Shown: positions 50,118 through 60,914 of the stretch, in pieces
How the letters are laid out: every line of letters begins with the position of its first letter
Numbering within the stretch: the first letter of the stretch is position 1
NCBI GenBank assembly: GCA_000934665.2
Contig: KZ538580.1
Coordinates: 1-60,914 of the forward strand
DNA: 60,914 nucleotides
Origin: Catajapyx aquilonaris
Taxonomy: Eukaryota
Direction of reading: 5' to 3'
Translations under genes and position numbers: made by a program
The notes under the pieces: model-generated
What the model was told of the DNA's origin: nothing
Database searches by the model: none
What the model saw: only the letters and a program-made list of their open reading frames with translations

Positions 50118-53100
50118 TCAAGAGAGTTTCAGGTGATCGAGCTCAGTAGTCAGCTCATAGATCTTCTGGGACAACCTCTTATTGCGCTCCTTGTAGTGTT
50201 CTATCAGTTCAGCTTGCTTTTCCACTGTGTCTCCCAGGTGTGGTTCCCTGCAAAACATGAGAAAAAGCAAAAATGGAATAATCTCCAAACTACTTTATTT
50301 TAAAGCAGTGGTTTTCAAACTGGGGTACGAAAAAGACATCGTGGAATGGCGTCCATAATATTCTGATTCAATAAGAATGAACCAACTTCTGAGTGTGAGA
50401 AAAACACAAAATATTGTCCTATTCATTCCCATCTTTCCGTTTGCTATTATTATTTTAGTGAAGATTTATCGTATGCAGAGGTGTTTTTGGTCTCGTGCCA
50501 TTTTCATACAACACACACGTTGCAACTCAAGAAGCAACATGGCAGTGTTAACTGGAGAATGCCAAAAAAGTTGCCTTTAGCCCTTTTCGAAACAATTGAT
50601 TCAATTCTACAATATTTGTTGCGCTTTGCGACGTTGTGAAGGATTTGAAAATAAATTCTGGCTGCAGAGGCTGATCTACTTGGCCTAAAAAAAATTAGTC
50701 TCAAAGAATGAAACTGAGAGCTTCAAGACGTCATCGCCAATATACAGGGTGATCCAACTTTATCGCCCCAACAGTTATTGGAAAAATCGCCTAAGCTGCT
50801 ACTTTTTAAGCAGCTACTTGCTAAGAGTTACTTTCTCAAGTATTTGGAATAGCACCTGCTGATATTAGGTCCAATGCCCACATACAGTTCTGGTCATATA
50901 TCGAGGCAACCGCCAGCAACATTTTCCGAAGCGGCAGAAGAAGGAATCGAAGATAAGCATACTTACAAGCCGGGCGAGCAAGATTCCTTCTTCTGCCGCT
51001 TCAGAAAATGTCGCTGGCGGTTGCCTCGATATATGACCAGAACTGTACCAATTAATGAGGGAAAAAAGGGTCACCCATGGGAAACAAGTCATCTACCGGG
51101 TTGTGACTGGCCAAATGGGTCAATCGCGAGGGGTCGGATGCGAACTGTTGCGACCCTGAAATGGAAAGATGTCGTCATCTCTTTTATTTCCTCATCTCCA
51201 AACTGATTCATGTGTGTTGGCCTTCACAAAGGCCCATTTTGGTGTTCCCTGGAGGGATTCTGATGAGGTCACTAGCTGCCAATCAGAGGGCTAATCCGTC
51301 GAACCGGACAGACAGTCTGGTTGTGTCAATAAATACGTCATTAATAATTGGTACATGGACATTGGACCTAATATCAGCAGGTGCTATTCCAGATGCTCGA
51401 GAAAGTAACTCTTAGCAAGTAGCAGCTTACACAATTTTTCCAATAACTGTTGGGGCGATAAAGTTGGATCACCCTGTATTAATGTCAAAGGAATGGTTTT
51501 AAAAATCCAATTTTTGGAATGTTATGGACAAGGTATAGCAGCTTTCCTTGCTTTCCAACACTCTCAAGAATTTCAAAGCGACAGTGACAGCGGAGGCCCA
51601 GTGGAGGCCAGCGTCCAAGCGCGGTCAGTTTAGAAATAATTTTTCCGAGATGGACATGCCAATCAATATTATTGCATTAGGAGTTTGACATTTCTTTACC
51701 CCACCCGAAATGTCAGCACAGAATCAGGAAAATACGATCGTATCATCTTTCTACGAATGAAAGTTTGAAATTCGAAAACACCCTTGCAAACTTTTGGGCT
51801 GAAAAATGAAAGACTATCTGGGCTTGGCAACCAGTGCTCTGAAGTACCGGTACTTAACACCATTTACTAACCATCTAAATATGTGAGGCTGTTTTTGGCA
51901 TTAACGTCCATGAAGACAAAGTACCGTCATCAAGACTCTATGTTGAGAAAGACCTCAGGCTTAAATTGACACTTGTCCCCAATATTGACCATAACTGTGA
52001 AAGAAAGAAAGCACACCCATCACACTAATTGCGAAGTGCCGACAATATTACTATTTTCAGGTCACAGGTTGGATTGGGGGTACAAACTGTTTTGACACAT
52101 TGGAAAAGGGGTAAAGTTTGGGAACCACTGTTTTAAAAGATATGTTTAAAAAAATTAAAAAAAAAAAAAAAAAAAAACTGATATTATGATCTCTAGTTTT
52201 TACTTCTCATTTAGAAAAGACAAGAGAGTAGAGCCAGAACATAGCTGACATGTGGATTGGCTCTAACCAATGGACCCTTCTTTCCTATTATGCTCTCTGA
52301 TCCGAAATATCAGTGTGCATCTCAAATCTTGTGTCTTATAATTTCTGTGTCTGATTAAGCCCTTCACCCCCAGAAACCTAAAATTTAGGCGATGATAACT
52401 TGACCGCAGAGTACCAGCTATACTGCCATAGTCAAGATTTTTTTTTGCTTCCATTCAACTTACATGTGTTCTGAAGATAAGGACTTGATATTTTACAAAC
52501 AATAACAGCTATACTTACATGTTCATCCTCTACACAATGAATGTGTTGGAAACAAATTTCCTCATCTAGATGTCCCTAAATTAATTTCCAAAAATATTGC
52601 TGTAAAACTTGAAATGCAAGTATTACTGGCCAAACCGTTAGGCTGATTTAATCATGAAATACGGTGAAATATCCTGAATAGCTACCTCGAGAACCATACA
52701 AGAATTTGGTGAAATTGGCATACTTCTCAAGAATTAAATCATTATGGGAGTTTTCTGAAGTGACACGCAAGTCGCAGATAAGTATTAATTTAATTCTCAC
52801 AAACTACAACAATTTCAGCAAATTTGTCTCATACTGTTCTCAAGGTAGATATTCTGCATATTTTAATGTATTTCATAATTACATCAGCCTAACAGTTGGT
52901 CGGTGGTACTTGAAATGTAAGTTTTTTTTTACAGCACTCTTTTTGGAAATTAACTTCTAGATGAGGAAAACTGTTTCCAACACATGCATTGTGCATACTG
53001 TAGAGCATGGATATACTGTATAAGTATACAGGGTGGCCGAAAGTCCCACATCAATTGGTAAACACAATAAAAAAATAATTCCATGGGTAAAAACTGCAAT

Positions 53101-53794
53101 ATACAGGAGTTAGACAATAACAGGGCCCCCTGCAAAAAACGGGTGAATTTTCTCCTCCATTGTACTCGAAAACTGGAAAAGTTACAGAGATGGCTTTTAC
53201 TGATTTTTGAAGCTCTGTCGATGTACTATATCGCCCAAAAAGATAGAGACGATTTTGCATTTGACTCAAGTACAAGTTGCACTTGAGTCAAATGCCAATC
53301 GTCTCTATCTTTTTGAGCGATATAGTACATATACGGACATGAAGATGACACAAAATTCCCAAGAGGAGGGGGAGAAACAAAAGACTAACGACACCGCCCC
53401 AGATCCCATTTTTGACCAGTGTCCCACCCTTTTCATTTGAAAATGAAAATAGTTGAAGATATGAACTTTACTGGATTTTGAGCTCTACCGATGTTTCCTT
53501 GTGTGGTATAGAGATGGACTAAAATTACTGGCAGGAGGTGGGGGAAAAAATAGAAACGGTACCCCACTTCCCCAGCACCAAATCTGAGAAGAGGTTAGAC
53601 AAAATAATGTCTAGTAGTTTGGGTTGAACTTTCGTCCCACTGCTAGTTACTACCAACTTAGTAGTACCATATTTGGCACTGGTACAGGTAAGTTAGCATT
53701 AACTAGCAGTGGGACAAAAATTTTCCATTGTTTGCATTCAAGCAGTGCCGGGGAAGGGGGGTGAGGTTTCTATTTCCTCCTCCTCCCCCTCCCC

Positions 53795-53859
<65 letters not shown>

Positions 53860-56800
53860 NNNNNNNCCCCCCCCCTGGTTGTTAATTTTCATCCATCTCC
53901 ATACCAAACACAGTGACATCGATGAAGCTTCAAAATCCAGTCAAGTTCATATCTGTAACTGTTTTCATTTTCAAATGAAAAGGGTGGGACACTCTGGTCA
54001 AAAATGGGGTCTGGGGCAGTGTTGTTAGTCTTTTGTTTCTGCCCCTCCTCTTGGGATTTTTGTGTTATCTTCATGTCTGTAAATGTACATCGACAGAGCT
54101 TCAAAAATCAGTAACAGCCATCTCTGTAACTTTTCCAGTTTTCAAGTACAATGGAGGAGAAAATTCACTCGCTTTTTGCAGGGGCCCCCATTATTTTGTC
54201 CAACCCCTGTATGTTGCACCATACTACGGTGAATATACCTATATATACGAGTAAAATGTATGAACAGTATATTGTCCAAATGAAAAACCAGACAGGGAAG
54301 GGTACACTTTGGGAATCCGGCACTTGCTGGCTACCCTCCCATACCTAACCCTATTTCACATATGCATTAGCCAATGGAGTGCCATGCTCAATCCACTTAT
54401 CAGGTGGGTTTCCAGATGATATGCAAATAGTGTACCACACTTCCACCAATACAAATGCAACTTGACTTATGTTCCAAGATATGTAGTGATGTTAACAAAT
54501 CAATAAAATGAAACCATTGACTTTATTTTACATAAATATACAGTATATTTGGACTGTTCATCAATTTTAAGTGTAACAAGTGATCCTTTTAATAGCAATA
54601 ATTTGTTAAAATTCCCCCAAAAGTTGTGACTATTTTTTTAAAAATTCAGATTTGATCACAGACAGCCCCTGGACACTTATACTACATAAACATTCTGATC
54701 TTATCGCCTGCTGGGGCGTTTTGCAGGGGGTGCTCACCTGAGAGCGCCATGAGACATTTCAGAGCACTGGTATGTGGCGACCCTACCGGACTACGCTGAA
54801 CTTTATAGGTACGAAAGGGAAGCGCTATATGCGAGCCCAACAATACATGGCCGCCGGCGACCATGTTGGGTCCCCCAATGTAGCCCTTCCCTTTTGTACG
54901 TATAAAGTTCAGCGTAGTCTGGTAGGGTCGCCACATACCAGTGCTCTGAAATGTCTCATGGCGCTCTCAGGTGAGCACCCCCTGCAAAACGCCCTGGCAG
55001 GGGGTGGGAGGGAGTGACCAGACCTGAGTATTCTAAGATCATGATCACAGATCAGGCTGCCAAATATGGCTGATATAATGATCTGGTATTTTATCTGGTT
55101 CTTTAATTCCTGCTGCAACAAACAAGTTTACGTTCACCCATCCCAGTCCCCATCCCAATCACCTACATCATTAAATAAAACACTATTACCCTTGTCATTA
55201 AGCACTAAATTGATGTAGATATGCATATGAATAAAAATTTGTCACAATGGACAACTGTGTAAAAATATGCCACTTACTGATATCCAACCCCAATTCCTGA
55301 GTCTGAAACGTATGATGCAAAAGCAACACATGAAGATTCCTGCTGAACATCAGGAAGGGGGGCTTCTTTGTTGAACTTAATAACTTTCGCTGAAATGAAA
55401 TTTTAAAACCAATTAATGCAATAGGCTGACTGCAATCCCCATTCAATGTATAAAATGCTCCTCGTCATACCTGCATAATAGATTATTGATGATGCCACCA
55501 ATAATACTTCCAAGACAATCAGAATCTGCAGATAGTTCTGCTTCGTCAGCTTCATATGCTCATCACACACCTGATCACAGTTGTCATGCAGAACTTGGGT
55601 AAGGACCAGAAGTAATGGGTTCCCTATGGGAGAAAAATGATGTGACTTGCACTGTAGTCATTTCAAATCACAATACAGACATGTTTACATGTCACTACGA
55701 AACCAGGCATTGGAGTGTTGTAACTGGGAGGTTTGAGTTTCTGATGTCTGATCTCTCAAACAGGTGTGTAAAAAAAAATTGCTTTGCGGGTCATTCATCA
55801 TTTCATTGCTACAACAAGCAGGGCGATGCCTCTGAAAGATAATTTCAGGGAAGGTCAAGACCATCATGCATAAGGCCCTCCAAACCTGGAGTCAACTGAA
55901 GAATTAGTCCTTTTAGTTACAGAAAATTTCACTCCATGCTGCTACTTTTTGTAGCTTGTTGTGCCCCAATCCAGGTGCCCTATTCTACAGAAACTGTTAT
56001 GTTTGCCCACCTGGTAGCACACCTGGGAGTAATGGGGCACCTGGATCGGTACACAACTAGCTATAACAACTTTGGCCAATATTGGTGATAATTAAAAAAC
56101 GAACCAAGAACTTGGAACATCTTGTATTTTATATGTGAGAAAATGAAACAACATTGTGAAATGAAAGAATTAGCCTGTGAACTTTAAAAAAAATACACTG
56201 CAGTAGGTGTAGGGGAGAATGCAATAATAATCTGCCAAAATTGTGCCACCAAAGAGACTGAAGGGCAATTCCACGTGAAGTTGAGCACCTTTTGCACAAA
56301 AACATTAGCCCGTTCGTGAGTGTGAGACATCTTTTAGTCCCAGACAAGTAATGACCATTCCCATAAGGATTTGGTCTGCTGATGCTCGGTTGCCTATCTA
56401 CAGGCACTAATATATTGTACTTTGATCACATTTAGATTACATTTACATGACAACGAAAAAACTAAAATGAGTGTCAAAAATAAATAAATATTTGGCTACA
56501 TTGCTATTATTGCTGGATATCAAGTGACAGCACAGTCCACTAATGAGCTTACTAGTTGCTTTTGGTATTGGTTTGAGGACTGTGAGACTCGGACAACTTG
56601 TAGGGACATGGTTTTTTTCTTTTACATCTTTTGTGATGGCTGCGAGTCCAAAGGTCCCAACTAACTGTAGTCTGTAGATATTTTAGTTGGGCCTTTTGCC
56701 TAGGGGGTTGTATGGCACTGCCGGGGCAGCTCCCCTCATCAAATCCATATCTACAGTAGTCCACTAATGACCAATCAGTGCAGGCAGATATTCTGAATCC

Positions 56801-57249
56801 TGGGGATGTGGCTTAGAACTTGGAAGCCCAAAACTTCAAAACCCAGTTTCTTGTTTATACCAAAAAAAATAGTGCAAAACCTTGAACTTTCAGTTCCAAA
56901 ACTCAGAATCCCAGTTTTGTAATGACATAAAAGGGTAATCATTGATATACTCACACAGAGACATAACATAAAAGGGAACGCGCCTGACTATCTTTGTGAT
57001 TAAAAAGAACTGAAGGTATCCATGGCGTCTTGAATTTTCATGCTGCAGTCTGAAGTACTGGTCACAAAGCTGAAATATATTCAAAATGGAAGTACTTTGG
57101 ATTTTCAACTGTAAGATCAGTACTGGCCTTACCATAAAAACTCCCCAGAGCCCTGCATGGATGTAAATTGTGGTAGAAAATGGCGATGTGAGGCAGGCAT
57201 ACTTGTCACAATAAGGGGGTACGATAAAAATGGCTCCCAGGAATGTCAG
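50118..57249 (-). CDS. TMEM192: Transmembrane protein 192 (lysosomal), 3' five coding exons; N-terminal exon(s) not located
   Basis: Exons 57133-57249, 56955-57069 (LCDQYFRLQHENSRRHGYLQFF), 55471-55623 (WNPLLLVL…YLQILIVLEVLL), 55278-55389 (KVIKFNKEAPLPDV), 50118-50247 (LGDTVEKQAELIEHYKERNKRLSQKIYEL…*). All junctions are GT-AG and in phase. Motifs RxxGY, FNKxxPxPD and VEKQxxxIxxxKxxNxxLS match TMEM192. Confidence 0.9.
50745..51476. mobile_element. Tc1/mariner-type MITE nested in the hAT element
   Basis: TA|CAGGGTGATCCAACTTTATCGCCCCAACAGTTATTGGAAAAAT ... perfect inverted end |TA. Confidence 0.92.
50885..51045. mobile_element. 161-bp hairpin MITE nested in the 50745 MITE
   Basis: TA|CAGTTCTGGTCATATATCGAGGCAACCGCCAGC ... 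GCTGGCGGTTGCCTCGATATATGACCAGAACTG|TA; absent from the host's opposite arm. Confidence 0.92.
53104..54209. mobile_element. Foldback MITE with long inverted arms
   Basis: TA|CAGGAGTTAGACAA ... TTGTCCAACCCCTG|TA; arms ~53104-53575 and ~53745-54209 are reverse-complementary; a (CT)n tract has expanded in the right arm (~53797-53859). Confidence 0.88.
53226..53325. mobile_element. ~100-bp hairpin MITE (second copy) nested in the 53104 element
   Basis: Same sequence as 11846-11947; the host's right arm shows the empty site (AAATGTACATC at ~54081-54091). Confidence 0.9.
54707..55001. repeat. GC-rich near-perfect palindrome (~295 bp) in a TMEM192 intron
   Basis: GGGCGTTTTGCAGGGGGTGCTCACCTGAGAGCGCCATGAGACATTTCAGAGCACTGGTATGTGGCGACCCTACC is mirrored exactly; the loop is only ~10 nt. 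Confidence 0.92.
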
Positions 57250-57465
57250 CTGCAAACATAGTTTCGTGGTTGAAGAACTTAATTTGTATGGTTACTTATA
57301 CTACCAATATTACCACAGTGAGATATACAGAGATGTAAACAAGTCTGGTTCATCATGATTAACTTTCTCAAATGTGTACGATTGTTACCCGATTGTTTTT
57401 CCTCACCATATTATGCATAGCAAAGTTAAAGCAATGTACAAATGGCACACGATAAGCCCTGGCAT

Positions 57466-57815
57466 CAGTGGCGGATTTCCCATTAGGCACAGTAGGCACT
57501 GGCCTAGGGGCGGCTGCGAGTTGCAATAAATAATATTTCTCAAATACAATAATAGGAAATTATGGCGAGATCACAAAGAAAATCGAATTTTTGAGAGCTT
57601 GATTTACCACTACATGCAGAAAAGGTAATTGCCGAAGGGCGGACATAACTTTCAATATAATATTTTAAAATAAAATGACATCAAATGAAGGAAATAACAC
57701 AATAAAATTTTTGCAGTTTGAAGCGTCAGGCCGGGGGGCGGGGGGAAGGCCGTATCTCAAGTGCCTAAGGGCANNNNNNNNNNNNNNNNNNNNNNNNNNN
57801 TTAAATCCGGCGCTG
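57466..57815. mobile_element. Non-autonomous hAT element
   Basis: TIRs CAGTGGCGGATTT / AAATCCGGCGCTG; perfect 8-bp TSD CCTGGCAT at 57458-57465 and 57816-57823. Confidence 0.88.
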
Positions 57816-59191
57816 CCTGGCATAGGGCACAGATAGTTTGGGAAGAATTGTTAAACCTTTTCATATATTGTAACTGTCACTTCTTGTCTAGATCAAAGTT
57901 TGCAGATTAAAAATTCCTCAACACATGCTGCCCACCTTTTCATTCTCCTAACTCAATTTACGTTATCAAGTCAGAGCTGACAGTCTGGTGACTGTAACTG
58001 ACCATAACCTTTAACAAACTATTTCAAAAGTATTTATTTTATTTATTTTGGTATACCCCTTGAGACATTGTCAATGTAGCGGGAGGACAGAGCCCTTCAT
58101 ACAGGTACTATTTCAAGAGTATCCATGTGCATAACTTATTAAATATTTTCTTATAGTAAAGCTACAATTTCTGCAAGGTTTCTGTTATTGAGAGAATTTG
58201 TCAGGTGGTCAGTAAACATGTGTCAATAATTCATCACACAAGGCATTCTCTTTTAATTACTAAACCTTTCCCAGGCAAAAAACCAAATACATACACATAG
58301 CACCAACTCAGCTACAACTACTGGAAGGATTTTGATTGGTCGAAAGAATATGGCAGATTCGGTACTCAGCATGTGCTCATCAACACTGCTGGTAGATCCA
58401 TCGGTTCCAAAGCATAGCTCATCCTGCTGGTGTTGTGGTCAAAAGAAAACCATTTTAAAACACAGTTGATCTAAATGTAGCAGACAACAAAATAACCCAT
58501 AATGCATATGAAGCTGCCAAATTGCTCTGACACTTACTGACGGTCCTGCATCCATCATTGGAAGATGCTTATGGCTGGATGATACAAGCTAGCCAGCTAC
58601 TTGTAATCAAGCAGAGGCAGGATAAGAACCTATGAAGCCAGCTGGACACATGCTTCAAAACGGATGTTGTTGACTGTCTTCTTGGGCAGGATGTTGGCTG
58701 CCTTCTCGCGAAATCCGAAGTGCCTAAAACTCCAAATTTAAACTTTACCCACCTTGTTCGAAATCAATAGACGGATCAGACAGATCGAGACAGATAATAG
58801 GGAAACATGTTACGGCGGGCTCCCCTCACTTGTTTTACAGTAACTTGCTCAGTTAATAACAGATGGCGGTAAAAGCAACTATACCTACCGTACATGCTAC
58901 CGTATGAGGATGGAAAAGCAGCTGAAAGCAGGGCAAAAAGCGCAAAGGCACATGTTTGTAATAATTTCCATGTACCAAATGCCATGAATGGTGTAGTCAG
59001 GTGTAGCCAAGGTGTAACTCTAAGCCAACATGGCAATCACATCAAAGAAAAAATATGCACTGTACGGCACTTTTTTAATAAGCATTTGCATTACAGTATA
59101 TTAGATTTATGTTCCCTTTTGTAAGTGATATTTTTCAGGTCATATTTGCTGTGAACCATGATAATTTTTAGTGCAAGTACACCAACATATA

Positions 59192-59413
59192 CAGGTTCAG
59201 AATATTTCATCCACAACGTTTTTCTAAAGAATCTACTGCACGTATATACAGTAAATGTGCAGGCAGAGTGGTGCAGGAGTTTAGAGTTGGGTTGACCTAT
59301 TCCTGAGCTATGTGAGGTTTGTACACACTGTAAAATCAATCTGAAATCTGAAAAATTCTGCATTCCAAAAAGTGTCAGGTCCCAAGGGTTTCAGATAAGA
59401 GATTGTGAACCTG
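59192..59413 (-). mobile_element. pogo/Tigger-like MITE, short copy
   Basis: TA|CAGGTTCAGAAT ... GGTCCCAAGGGTTTCAGATAAGAGATTGTGAACCTG|TA. Confidence 0.72.
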
Positions 59414-59545
59414 TAGTATGACCAATCTTGGTATGACCAAGAGCTGGTATGACCTAGAAAAAATGCGAGCATCTGAGAAAGTATCCATAAGTACACAATT
59501 TAAAAATCAGGCTATTTATTTCATATAGTTGTCCACCGCATGGAG

Positions 59546-59546
<1 letters not shown>

Positions 59547-59596
<50 letters not shown>

Positions 59597-59919
59597 TGGG
59601 TGTAGTGCCGTACCTCTGCTGAGGTTTTGACACAGACCTTTATTTGCCAAGATGTACATAGTTTGGACAACAAAGAGCCCTGGTCCGAGGGCAGGGTGAC
59701 TGAGAGGGGATGTGCAATGTGCAGTGCAATGTCGGCACCATGGTCATTTTGTGAGTTCCCCCGGGTGGTTCGTCTATCGGAAATCCCACCCTAGACGTAG
59801 CCGGAGATGGCCCCGAACTCCGCACGAGATGAAAGGGGGGATTGCCCGGGCTTGGTATCGAACATGGGACCCTTCCATCCGTGGGCGCACATGTTACCGC
59901 AGCACCACTTTGCCTTCCC
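59547..59919 (-). mobile_element. tRNA-derived SINE, family A
   Basis: Homologous to the 48108 copy; (TTA)n tail at 59547-59597; TSD CATGGAGT at 59539-59546 and 59921-59928. Confidence 0.92.
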
Positions 59920-59956
59920 TCATGGAGTGTGATATACAAGTGTCAGCACGTAAATA

Positions 59957-60315
59957 CAGGAAGTCCCCAGTTTACGAACGACCCTACTTAAGGTGATCTG
60001 TACTTACGAATGGGCCCCCAAGGCTCCCAAGTAGGATAATTTATATTATCCATCCACTTTCAATCACTTCTGCGCACATTGACAGACACCACAAGTTCAA
60101 CGTAAATATACTGTAGGCTATAATATTAATAAATTATTGGGGAACTAAGTTCTTCTGCTCGTGTAAACACACATGGCGTAAGCAGTTTGTTGGAGCAGCA
60201 TATGTACACTCCATATATGCACGGTTCCTCATGGATTCGAGTTACGTACAAATTCGACTTATGTACTCGCATATTTTCAGGAACATAACCCCGTTTGTAC
60301 ACCGGGGAATTCCTG
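59957..60315. mobile_element. pogo-type MITE (second family)
   Basis: TA|CAGGAAGTCCCCAGTTTACGAACG ... CGTTTGTACACCGGGGAATTCCTG|TA. Confidence 0.8.
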
Positions 60316-60724
60316 TAGTCAAGAATAACTCAGATATTGAATTAAGAACATTAGCTGCAAGATTACATGTAGAGTTGGTACCTGGTTATTTGTGTTCTCG
60401 TGATTCAGGGTTTGCATATACAGTAGAATCCCGATTATCTGTCGCCCATGGGACCTGGCACAGTCAGAACACAAAAAAGGTCGGAGCAAATAAAACTGGA
60501 ATGAAACACGACAAAATACATGAAATAATGTACAATATTATGGTTTTCTACAAAATAGTGACATATTTATCTTTTACATGCACACTCTACTGTACTACAG
60601 TATATTTACAATTTAACTAAAGCAATACAAAACAAAAACACAGTACATTACAGTAGTCTATGTGACTAAAAAATATATTTATTGTTGGAGCTCGACGGTT
60701 GAGGATCCCGAGGAGTTGGATATA

Positions 60725-60914
60725 CAGGGTGATCAAACTTTTTTGTCGTTTTAGTTATTGACAAATTCGGCCTAAGCTGCTTATATTGTAGCCCGTTCCC
60801 TGGCAACCCCGTCCGGCGGGCCAATTCAAACATCAGCCCATGGAGAGCGCTTCCATTGTTGCCACTGTTTACAAATCGAGTGAGTGCGCAGGCAAAAGAG
60901 ACCCGTCGCTGGGT
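60725..60914. mobile_element. Left end of a CAGGGTGATC MITE running off the window
   Basis: TA|CAGGGTGATCAAACTTT...AGTTATTG...GCCTAAGCTGCT resembles the terminus of the 50745 element. Confidence 0.65.

Larger units (their letters stand above)
50306..52130 (+). mobile_element. Decayed hAT Buster/Charlie-type transposon
   Basis: TIRs CAGTGGTTTTCAAACT / AGTTTGGGAACCACTG; TSD TTTTAAA(G/A); remnant transposase C-terminus (FW…MKTKYR…VEKDLRLKL…PNID…KKAHPSH* at ~51790-52028). Confidence 0.88.

Noticed and set aside
1..60914. CRISPR arrays, rRNA or prokaryotic operons
   Set aside because: No repeat-spacer array, rRNA signature or dense intronless ORFs; the sequence is spliced eukaryotic DNA.

Overview
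Repeat-rich, AT-rich animal genomic DNA, most likely a mandibulate arthropod (fau-family gene, (TAACC)n blocks, many 58-80 nt introns). It is not prokaryotic: no operons, CRISPR or rRNA. Spliced genes were reconstructed by hand from GT-AG junctions and reading phase. (1) A complete 4-exon SRP14 gene (minus, 11624-19060). (2) A large alternatively spliced fau (anoxia up-regulated)/CG45076-type gene (plus, 23774-44140) with at least three alternative ends and an unusual modular C-terminus. (3) The 3' five coding exons of TMEM192 (minus, 50118-57249). (4) An unidentified 4-exon gene end converging on TMEM192. (5) A small two-exon gene for a secreted six-cysteine peptide with an eclosion-hormone-like scaffold but non-canonical spacing (plus, about 10039-10362); the ORF track shows only its first exon, and it is the best novelty candidate. 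The rest is transposon-derived: tRNA-headed SINEs with target-site duplications, TA-flanked Tc1/mariner foldback MITEs, hAT, piggyBac and pogo/Tigger-like non-autonomous elements, often nested. Family assignments come from recalled sequence features, not database searches.
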